Below are positions 15,777 to 23,523 of a stretch of DNA of 32,000 bases, piece after piece. A model generated the notes under the pieces. The model saw only the letters and a list, made by a program, of their open reading frames with translations, was not told the DNA's origin and did no database searches. The DNA is taken from NCBI GenBank assembly GCA_041662745.1, contig JBAZRV010000005.1, positions 30,001-62,000 of the forward strand, written 5' to 3'. The stretch is from Patescibacteria group bacterium. Lineage in GTDB: Bacteria; Patescibacteriota; Patescibacteriia; 2-01-FULL-39-33. Numbering within the stretch: position 1 is the stretch's first letter; each line of letters begins with the position of its first letter. The position numbers and the translations under genes were made by a program.

Positions 15777-18518
15777 TTATTTACCGTGGCAGTCCTTATA
15801 CTTCTTTGGCTTGCCATCCGGATAGGTTGCGCCGCAAGGACAAGGATCATTACGGCCGATTTTATCGCCGTTATAATGCGCGCTGTCTTTTAGTATTTTA
15901 TCAACTTGGCGTTCGGTCAATCCGGAATCTGATTCCATGGGCGACTTCAAAGACGATTGATCGCTGGCGCCCTTAAGCTGAATATTTTTCGGTTTATTTC
16001 CCGCCTGGTCCATTTCTTCCGGCGACACAAAACCGATTTTATAAATACTGTAAGCCAGCTGATGATCAATCATTGCCACCAGCTCCTTAAACATGCGCAG
16101 GGATTCTTTTTTGTATTCCACTAACGGATCGCGTTGGCCATAGCCGCGCAAACCGATGCCGGTGCGCAGGTACTGCATCGTATCCAAGTGTTCAATCCAT
16201 AAAGTGTCAATGACGCGCAGAAACATGCCGCGTTCCACTTGGCGCATGGCCGGCAACCGGCCTTCATCCGTCGGCAACATGTTTATCTTAGCCTCCAATT
16301 CATTATATTCTTCCACGGCGAGCTTTTTCAGATAACCGGAAATCATTTCGCGCGACATCTGATCTTCCTGATTATTCCCCGCCTCTTGCCTTAATTCTTC
16401 CAAAGTCTTGCGCGCTTCCGGCTTAATCCGGAAAATCAAACTGACTGCCTCATAAATTTCTTCCAGTTTCCACTGGCTTTCGTCATTATCCTGAGTCGCC
16501 AGCATTACGGCTGCATCAACCTCTTTTTCAATGGCGCCAAGGGCCGACTCCTTGGTTCCTTCACCGGCCAAAATCTGCCGGCGTTTGCGATAAATCGTTT
16601 CGCGCTGTTTATTCATGACATCGTCATATTCCACTAAATGCTTGCGTATATCAAAATTGTGAGTTTCCACTTTTTTCTGCGCCTGTTCAATAGACTTGCT
16701 GATCATGCCGTTTTCAATCGGCATATCATCCGGTACGCCCAAAGTCGTCATCATTTTCTTCATTCGTTCCGACCCGAAAATACGCATCAAATCGTCGTCC
16801 ATGGAAATAAAAAACAACGATGAGCCGGGATCACCTTGGCGTCCGGCGCGGCCGCGCAACTGATTATCAATACGGCGGGACTCATGGCGCTCCGTACCGA
16901 TCACGCATAAGCCTCCGGCGGCAACCACCTTTTCATACTCTTCTTGATTAAACGGATAACCGCCCAAAATAATATCCACGCCGCGGCCGGCCATATTGGT
17001 GGCAATGGTCACGGCGCCGACTCGGCCGGCCTGCGCGATAATATGCGCTTCCTTTTCATGATGTTTGGCATTCAAAATTTGGCACGGGATGCCGGCGCGA
17101 TCAAACAATTCGGACAGCAGTTCGTTCTTTTCAATGGAGACGGTGCCGATTAAAACCGGTTGGCCGTTTTTGTACCTAACCCTGACTTCCTCAATCAAAG
17201 CGTTGTACTTGCCCTGCTCGTTTTTATAAATGCGATCATTCAAATCCTTCCTGACCATCGGCCGATTAGTCGGTATGGTGGTAACTTCTAAACTGTAAAT
17301 CTTGGAAAATTCTTCGGCTTCAGTGGCGGCCGTACCGGTCATACCGGATAACTTGGCATACAAACGGAAATAATTCTGAAAGGAAATCGTGGCCAGCGTA
17401 ACGCTTTCCTTTTGAACCTTAACGCCTTCCTTGGCTTCAATAGCTTGATGCAAACCTTCGCTGTAACGACGGCCGAACATCATGCGGCCGGTAAATTCAT
17501 CAATAATAATGATCTCGCCATCCTTAACCACGTAGTCCTTATCGCGTTTGAACAACGCCTGGGCTTTCAAGGCCTGTTCAATATGATGGACATCGGCAAT
17601 GCCGCGGTCAGTATAAATATTTTCCACGCCCAGCGCCTTCTCCACTTTAGCGATGCCCGCCTCGGTCAAGGTGGCGGCGCGTTGTTTCTCATCAATAGTG
17701 TAATCATCAGTCTCCGCCAGCGTCTTAACGATTTGCGAAAATTGGAAATACTTGTCTGTCGATTCCATATCCGGCGCGGAGATAATCAACGGCGTTCTGG
17801 CTTCATCAATCAAAATGGAATCAACCTCATCCACGATAGCATAAAACAAATCGCGTTGAACCATGTCTTCCGCCCGCGTCACCATGTTATCGCGCAAGTA
17901 ATCAAAACCGAATTCATTATTTGTGCCGTACAGAATATCGCAAGCATAAGCCTCGCGGCGAGTGCAAGGAATCAGATTCTGCACGTCCAAAACCGGATCG
18001 CCTTCTTGGCGCTGATGTTGCTTATCAAATTTATAAGAGGTGTTCTGTTGCTGGATGCAACTGACCGAGAGTCCCAAAAAATCATAAATCTGCCCCATCC
18101 AATCGGCGTGAATGCGCGCCAAATAATCGTTAACGGTAACCAAGTGCGCGCCCCGGCCGGCTAAAGCGTTCAAATACATCGGCGCAGTGGCAGTCAAAGT
18201 TTTGCCTTCACCGGTCCGCATTTCCGCGATATGCCCCTGATGGAGGGCAATGCCGCCCATCAATTGAACGTCAAAATGCCGCTGGCCGATGACGCGTTTG
18301 GCCGCTTCGCGAATAGTGGCGAACGCTTCAGGCAGAATATCGTCCAAAGTTTTATCCTTAGCCAGTTCGGCTTTCAGTTTGGCGGTCTGGGCCTTTAAAT
18401 CCTCATCGGATAAGGCCGAGATCTTCGGCTCAAAAGCGTTGATGGCATCAATTGTTTGTTGGAATCCGGCTAATACTTTTTTATTGGGATCGCCGAATAT
18501 TTTGGTAAAAAATGACAT
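15777..18518 (-). CDS. secA: Preprotein translocase SecA, 913 aa
   Basis: MRTGEGKTLTATAPMYLNAL, DEVDSILIDEARTPLIIS, TIATNMAGRGVDIILG, RQGDPGSSLFFISMDDDLMRIF, C-terminal SEC-C CPCG...YKDCHG. Confidence 0.98.
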   Translation of the reverse strand: MSFFTKIFGDPNKKVLAGFQQTIDAINAFEPKISALSDEDLKAQTAKLKAELAKDKTLDDILPEAFATIREAAKRVIGQRHFDVQLMGGIALHQGHIAEMRTGEGKTLTATAPMYLNALAGRGAHLVTVNDYLARIHADWMGQIYDFLGLSVSCIQQQNTSYKFDKQHQRQEGDPVLDVQNLIPCTRREAYACDILYGTNNEFGFDYLRDNMVTRAEDMVQRDLFYAIVDEVDSILIDEARTPLIISAPDMESTDKYFQFSQIVKTLAETDDYTIDEKQRAATLTEAGIAKVEKALGVENIYTDRGIADVHHIEQALKAQALFKRDKDYVVKDGEIIIIDEFTGRMMFGRRYSEGLHQAIEAKEGVKVQKESVTLATISFQNYFRLYAKLSGMTGTAATEAEEFSKIYSLEVTTIPTNRPMVRKDLNDRIYKNEQGKYNALIEEVRVRYKNGQPVLIGTVSIEKNELLSELFDRAGIPCQILNAKHHEKEAHIIAQAGRVGAVTIATNMAGRGVDIILGGYPFNQEEYEKVVAAGGLCVIGTERHESRRIDNQLRGRAGRQGDPGSSLFFISMDDDLMRIFGSERMKKMMTTLGVPDDMPIENGMISKSIEQAQKKVETHNFDIRKHLVEYDDVMNKQRETIYRKRRQILAGEGTKESALGAIEKEVDAAVMLATQDNDESQWKLEEIYEAVSLIFRIKPEARKTLEELRQEAGNNQEDQMSREMISGYLKKLAVEEYNELEAKINMLPTDEGRLPAMRQVERGMFLRVIDTLWIEHLDTMQYLRTGIGLRGYGQRDPLVEYKKESLRMFKELVAMIDHQLAYSIYKIGFVSPEEMDQAGNKPKNIQLKGASDQSSLKSPMESDSGLTERQVDKILKDSAHYNGDKIGRNDPCPCGATYPDGKPKKYKDCHGK

Positions 18519-18622
18519 AAGTTATAGTTTAAATCAAGATTGGATTAGTTTACAGTATTTTATGGTTTTTGGCAATCCGCCATCAATCAGCCGGCGGATC
18601 AAACCAATCCTGCAATATTCAG

Positions 18623-18925
18623 CTAATCACGCAGGGTTTCTTTGTATTTCATGATTTCCACTTTCATTTTATCCTTGGCTTCATTAATTGATTTGTATAA
18701 ATCATCAGACTCGGCCTCGGCGCGAATGACTTTCTTCGGCACCTCCAAATTTACCTCGGCCCGAAAAATGTCGCCTTTATGGTGATGCTCGGTGGTTTTG
18801 GCCACTTCCACCTCGCAACCGATAATATTATCAAAATATTTGGACAAGCCGCCGATTTTTTCATTAATTGCCGCTTCAATGCCCGGCGTAAGTTCGATTT
18901 TGGTTCCCTTGATTGAGATGTTCAT
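18623..18925 (-). CDS. hpf: Ribosome hibernation promoting factor / RaiA family (short form), 100 aa
   Basis: MNISIKGTKIELTPGIEAAINEKIGGLSKYFDN...HHKGDIFRAEVNLEVPKKVIRAEAESDDLYKSINEAKDKMKVEIMKYKE. Confidence 0.9.
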   Translation of the reverse strand: MNISIKGTKIELTPGIEAAINEKIGGLSKYFDNIIGCEVEVAKTTEHHHKGDIFRAEVNLEVPKKVIRAEAESDDLYKSINEAKDKMKVEIMKYKETLRD

Positions 18926-18948
18926 AAATTATAATTTAGATAATAACA

Positions 18949-19009
18949 ATATCCTGTTATTCCTGAAAATTTGCAGCGAGCCTTAGCGGGCTAAAATTTA
19001 TCAGGAAAC
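18949..19009. repeat. Copy 2 of the 61-bp intergenic hairpin element
   Basis: ATATCCTGTTATTCCTGAAAATTTGCAGCGAGCCTTAGCGGGCTAAAATTTATCAGGAAAC; see 8045-8105. Confidence 0.65.
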
Positions 19010-19060
19010 CAGGTTAATTAATAATTATAAAATAACAAAATAAATATAACTGCCACACCT

Positions 19061-19086
19061 GGATTCCTGCTTTCGCAGGAATGACA
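19061..19086. repeat. Short palindromic REP-like element
   Basis: ggATTCCTGCtttcGCAGGAATgaca, perfect 8-bp stem; resembles widespread GTCATTCC...GGAATCC bacterial repeats. Confidence 0.7.
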
Positions 19087-19095
19087 AAACAAAAA

Positions 19096-20064
19096 TTAAA
19101 ATCCCAAATATTGGACTTCCTCCATTAATTGCAAGCTGAATTTGCTTCTGACCTTCTGCTTGATTGCTGATGCTAACATTAGCACATCGCTGGCCGTCGC
19201 GCCACCGGCATTGATGATTATTCCGGCGTGCCGGTCGCTGACTTTGGCGCCGCCGATCTGCCGGCCGCGCAAACCGCATTCATCAATCAGCCAGGCGGCG
19301 GGAATTTTCTGCCAAGCGATGAATTGTTCGGGGATTTCCGGCTGCCGGCTTTTAAGTTCCGCGGTCTCTGCCGACGTTAACGCGATATTGCGAAAAAAAC
19401 TGCCGGCGGACGGCCCCTCGCTGAATTTAACGCCGCGCTCCGCCGTAATCTTTGCTATTTTTTCTTTGGCCGCGGCAATTTCTTCCGGCGTACCAATTTT
19501 CAATTTCAAGGCAACCGACAAAATAATATCCTTATTGCCGTCTTTTTTAAACCGACTCTTGCGATAGCCGAAATCGCAAGCGCTGCTCGGTAATTCAATA
19601 ACGGCATTTTGCTTCAAAATTTTTACGCTGGACACGTTTTGAGACATCTCTCCGCCGTAAGCGCCGGCATTGCCGCAAACGGCTCCGCCAATCGTCCCGG
19701 GTATGCCCATGGCCCACTCCAAACCAATTAACCCGGCTTTCAATGATTGCGCCAGCGTCAAAGCCAAGGAAGCGCCGGCATCAACAATCAACTGATCGCC
19801 GTTGATTTTTATTTCGCCACCGTTTATTTTTATCACCAGACCATCAAAACCGTCATCGCTGGCCAAAATATTACTGCCTCCGCCCAGCACCGCATAATCA
19901 ATGCTCTCCGCTTGCGCTTCAGCAATCAGTTGTTTTATTTCCTCGGCGTCTTTGGCCAAAGCTAAAAACCTGGCCGGACCGCCGATCCGCAAGGTGGTAT
20001 GATTAGCCAATGACTCATTTTCCTTGAACCTTTTACCGAGATTTTTTCTGGCTTGCTCTAACAT
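19096..20064 (-). CDS. murB: UDP-N-acetylenolpyruvoylglucosamine reductase MurB, 322 aa
   Basis: NHTTLRIGGPARFL, GGGSNILASDDGFDGLVIK, GLEWAMGIPGTIGGAVCGNAGAYGG, GPSAGSFFRN, PAAWLIDECGLRGRQIGGAKVSDRHAGIIIN. Confidence 0.97.
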   Translation of the reverse strand: MLEQARKNLGKRFKENESLANHTTLRIGGPARFLALAKDAEEIKQLIAEAQAESIDYAVLGGGSNILASDDGFDGLVIKINGGEIKINGDQLIVDAGASLALTLAQSLKAGLIGLEWAMGIPGTIGGAVCGNAGAYGGEMSQNVSSVKILKQNAVIELPSSACDFGYRKSRFKKDGNKDIILSVALKLKIGTPEEIAAAKEKIAKITAERGVKFSEGPSAGSFFRNIALTSAETAELKSRQPEIPEQFIAWQKIPAAWLIDECGLRGRQIGGAKVSDRHAGIIINAGGATASDVLMLASAIKQKVRSKFSLQLMEEVQYLGF

Positions 20065-20183
20065 AATATTTGCTTAATTCTAAAGCTTTCTTTTGCGCCG
20101 CAAAACCGGGTGTCTTTTTAACCCTTTTCCGCTTGCGCGGCTGTTCGGCTTTTTGTTGAATTTTATATAAATCTACCGGCATA

Positions 20184-20212
20184 TTGACAAGGCTGATTAG
20201 CTGTGATATGTT
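20184..20212 (+). promoter_or_regulatory. Promoter-like: TTGACA (20184-20189), 17 bp spacer, TATGTT (20207-20212)
   Basis: Exact -35, weaker -10, upstream of the 20290 ORF. Confidence 0.45.
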
Positions 20213-20289
20213 AATAAATCAATTAAGTTCTTTTAACAACCAGATGTTTTAGTAAATCAATATTCAACCAAGAAAGAAAGGGAAAGGCA

Positions 20290-20508
20290 ATGAAATACTG
20301 GTTTGTTTCTTACGCTATATTCCGGGAACATTTTGACCAAGACTTCAATAACACATTTCTGGCATCTGAAAAAGAATACTTTCCAATAGTTGAAGCAACA
20401 AGGGAAATCGGTAACTCTCATAATGGCGGCATACGTAATAACAGCACGCGGATAGTTATTTTGTTTTTTCAGGAAATATCTGAAGAAAGCTTTAAGGAGG
20501 GATTATAA
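20290..20508 (+). CDS. Hypothetical protein, 72 aa
   Basis: RBS gaaagaaagggaaaggcaATG; stop directly abuts the next ATG. Confidence 0.6.
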   Translation: MKYWFVSYAIFREHFDQDFNNTFLASEKEYFPIVEATREIGNSHNGGIRNNSTRIVILFFQEISEESFKEGL

Positions 20509-20958
20509 ATGTCTAAACCAGTACAATTTCCTGATGGTTCAAAAGAACCTAAAACGACAAAGAAGCAAGCGATGACTGAATACAAGTGCCCCTTAACGGC
20601 CGAGCAATATGAAGCAGCCATGAAGCCCTTTCCCTACGAGTCACTCCAGCGGTTAACAGAGTTAGTGCTTAATCTGCGCGCCGCAATGAGAGAATCGGGC
20701 GATCTAATGACTACCCTTATGGCAGTCTTGTGGGGCAGCAACTCCGCATACGAAGAACATAAAACCCTCTCCGCTCCCCGACTGCCGGAAATTGTCGCAG
20801 AAATCCGTTCCCTGCTTTGGCTGGAAGTTAACCATAGCGCTCCTCCGACAAATAAAAGCGAGATCAAGAATAAGATTCAATTCCTTTATGAATATCTGGA
20901 ACATCCCGAACGATTTTCTTTTGCATGTAACGTCGCAATCGGCAGGAAACCTTCCTGA
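20509..20958 (+). CDS. Hypothetical protein, 149 aa
   Basis: ORF coupled to the previous one (TAA immediately followed by ATG), AAGGAGG upstream. Confidence 0.65.
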   Translation: MSKPVQFPDGSKEPKTTKKQAMTEYKCPLTAEQYEAAMKPFPYESLQRLTELVLNLRAAMRESGDLMTTLMAVLWGSNSAYEEHKTLSAPRLPEIVAEIRSLLWLEVNHSAPPTNKSEIKNKIQFLYEYLEHPERFSFACNVAIGRKPS

Positions 20959-21007
20959 TTTATGATTTTAAAAGTTCTTTACCAACACCGGCAATTCGTC
21001 GGTGTTT

Positions 21008-22453
21008 TCATTTCACTAAATTTTTCGCCAATTCATAAACATCACCGGCACCCAATATCAGAATCACATCAAAATCATCAGCTAACATTCTTATCAATTT
21101 TTCACTCTCCGCCAGCGAACCGCCATAGAGCGTCCTAACTCCCTGAGCTGCAATCGCTTCAGCCAGTATCTTGGAGTCAACAGCAAAATCCTCGGGCTTC
21201 TCCCGGCCGGCGACATAAAAGATATCGGGAATGATCACCTGCTCCGCCGAGCCGAAGGCCGTCACAAACTTATTGAACAAATTTTTTGTTCGGGAGTATT
21301 GATGCGGTTGAAACACGATCAAGATCTTTTTACCCGGATAGAATTCCTTAGTCGCGCTGATAACTTGAGCGACGGCATCAGGCGTATGGGCGTAATCGGC
21401 AATGACTTCGGCTTGGCCCAGTCGGCCGAGCCGTTCAAAACGACGCCAGGTGCCGGTAAAGCCGGCCAAAGACTGTCGAATAATTTCGACATCAATTCCC
21501 AAGGTACGGCAAACGGCAATAGCGCATAGGGCGTTATAGACATTATAACGGCCGGGCAGAAGCAAAGAGAATTGACCTAAACTCCGGCCTCGTTCAGTAA
21601 CGGAAAAAGTTTGCCTGTTTTTGTCATCCTGAGGCAGAGCCGAAGGATCTAAAGTTAAAACTTGAGATTCTTCACTACGTCCGTCAGTCAGCGGACTTCC
21701 GTTCAGAATGACAGCTTTATAGTCAGCTTCTCCGGTAATGCCGAAAGTTACTTTGTTCGCCTTAAGCTTCGGCGCGAGTTCCATTGAATTGGGATCGTCG
21801 GCATTAAGCACCGCATACCCTTCCGCCGGCACATGCGACAAATAATTGCCAAAGGCCGATTTGATTTCGGCCAAATCTTTATAATAATCTAAGTGGTCCT
21901 CACCGATGTAGGTGACGGCGGCAATCTGCGGGTAATAATTATCAAAAGCTCGGCGATACTCGTCGCTCTCAAAAACAAAATATTCGCCCCGGCCGGATCG
22001 GGCGTTACCGGACAAAAAATCAGCTTTAGCGCCCAAAACCACGCTTGGATCCTTATCCGCATCAATTAGAATCTTGGCGATCATGGCCGTAGTGGTAGTC
22101 TTGCCATTAGTGCCGGACACGCTGATGCCGAATTTATCAGCCAGCAATAATTGCAAAAACTGCGGGTAGGTCATCTGCTCTATGCCCAATTCCTTTACGC
22201 GCATCCGCTCCGGGTTAGCCTCCGGCGCGGCCACGGTATAGACCGCCAGATCAGCGTCAGTCGGCACGTTTTCCGCCCGTTGAGGCACTTTGACATCCAG
22301 ACCCAGCGACCGCAAATCATCAACCACTTCACTGATCTGCGCATCACTGCCGGAAACGATTATCCCCCGATCCCGCGCCAAGCGAGCTGTGGCCGAAATG
22401 CCGATGCCGCCGATGCCGATAAAATGGATTTTTTTTATTTCCAGTAAATTCAT
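21008..22453 (-). CDS. murC: UDP-N-acetylmuramate--L-alanine ligase MurC, 481 aa, with an internal extra segment encoded by a repeat element
   Basis: IHFIGIGGIGISATARLA, VSGTNGKTTTTAMIAKIL, EDHLDYY, DYAHTPDAV, FQPHQYSR. Confidence 0.96.
   Translation of the reverse strand: MNLLEIKKIHFIGIGGIGISATARLARDRGIIVSGSDAQISEVVDDLRSLGLDVKVPQRAENVPTDADLAVYTVAAPEANPERMRVKELGIEQMTYPQFLQLLLADKFGISVSGTNGKTTTTAMIAKILIDADKDPSVVLGAKADFLSGNARSGRGEYFVFESDEYRRAFDNYYPQIAAVTYIGEDHLDYYKDLAEIKSAFGNYLSHVPAEGYAVLNADDPNSMELAPKLKANKVTFGITGEADYKAVILNGSPLTDGRSEESQVLTLDPSALPQDDKNRQTFSVTERGRSLGQFSLLLPGRYNVYNALCAIAVCRTLGIDVEIIRQSLAGFTGTWRRFERLGRLGQAEVIADYAHTPDAVAQVISATKEFYPGKKILIVFQPHQYSRTKNLFNKFVTAFGSAEQVIIPDIFYVAGREKPEDFAVDSKILAEAIAAQGVRTLYGGSLAESEKLIRMLADDFDVILILGAGDVYELAKNLVK
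21622..21713. repeat. 92-bp inverted-repeat-bounded element inside murC
   Basis: Ends TGTCATCCTGA / TCAGAATGACA match as an inverted repeat at 10/11 positions; internal inverted arms GAAGGATCT...GAGATTCTTC. Confidence 0.75.
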
Positions 22454-23523
22454 TTTTTCTTTTTAATTAATTGCAAAATAATATCCGCCACTGCTCCAGC
22501 GCCGTTTTGCGGCATCATTTTTCTAATATTCTTTGACAGCTTATCAAGTTTGTCGTCGCTTTTGATCAATTCGCTAATAACGTCGGCCAACATCTTTTTA
22601 TTCAACGAGACTTCGGATAAAACCACGGCGGCGTTATGCTTCTGGAAATAATTGGCGTTGTCCTCTTGGTGCGTCCGATACATCGGAATAATGATTGACG
22701 GTTTGCCACAGTAAGATAACTCCGACAAAGTGGACAGTCCGGCACGCGTTACCACCAAATCGGCTACGCACAAGGCCTCGGGCATCTCATGGGTTATGAA
22801 TTCAAATTGGCGGTAATTATCAGCGGAAAAATTTATCTTTTTGCCCTTGCCGGTAACATGAATCACTTGGATGAATTTCATCAGGTCAGGCAGAGCTTGA
22901 TCCAGTATTTTATTGACCGTGGCCGCGCCCGTACCGCCTCCGGTAAAAAACACTATTGGCACGTCCTTCTTCAGACCGAATAATTCACGGCTTTTCTCCT
23001 TATCGCAATGGCTGAATTCTTCCCGAATGGGATTGCCGGTTAGAGTTGCTCGGCCGCGCTTGAAATCGCGCAGAGAAATATCAAAGGATACGGTGATTTT
23101 TCTGGCCACCGGCGACATTAAACGATTGGCCAAGCCGACTTCAATATCTTGCTGATGGATTAGGATGGGAATGCGCAACAGCCCTGCCGCCCAAGCTAAA
23201 GGCACACCAACATAAGCGCCGGCCACCATCACTAACTGTGGACGAAAAGCAAGCAAGATTTTCAGGGATTGCAAAAATCCCCAGATAATTTTAAACGGAT
23301 CAATAAAGTTCTGCCAAGAAAAATAACGGCGGAACTTTCCTGAAGTAACGGCTAAGAAGGGTATCTTATAGCTTTCCACCGCTGATCGTTCCGGACCGTT
23401 AGCGGTGCCGACAAACAAAAACTCCGCTTCGGACTGACGTTTTTTGATTTCCTGATAAACGGCGATAAGCGGACTGACCGAACCCATGGTACCGCCGCCG
23501 GATAATAATATTTTATATTTCAT
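22450..23523 (-). CDS. murG: UDP-N-acetylglucosamine transferase MurG, 357 aa
   Basis: MKYKILLSGGGTMGSVSPLIAV, GGGTGAATVNK, TRAGLSTLSELSYCGKPSIIIPMYRTHQEDNANYF. Confidence 0.94.
   Translation of the reverse strand: MKYKILLSGGGTMGSVSPLIAVYQEIKKRQSEAEFLFVGTANGPERSAVESYKIPFLAVTSGKFRRYFSWQNFIDPFKIIWGFLQSLKILLAFRPQLVMVAGAYVGVPLAWAAGLLRIPILIHQQDIEVGLANRLMSPVARKITVSFDISLRDFKRGRATLTGNPIREEFSHCDKEKSRELFGLKKDVPIVFFTGGGTGAATVNKILDQALPDLMKFIQVIHVTGKGKKINFSADNYRQFEFITHEMPEALCVADLVVTRAGLSTLSELSYCGKPSIIIPMYRTHQEDNANYFQKHNAAVVLSEVSLNKKMLADVISELIKSDDKLDKLSKNIRKMMPQNGAGAVADIILQLIKKKK

Noticed and set aside
17412-18164. 250-aa plus-strand ORF, plus 16638-16823, 16944-17153 and 18289-18654
   Set aside because: All antisense to secA, which has complete family motifs throughout.
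19025-19279. 84-aa minus-strand ORF ending ...FLRKQESRCGSYI
   Set aside because: Reads through the palindromic repeat in another frame of murB; the 'FLRKQESR' signature is a typical translation artefact of such repeats.
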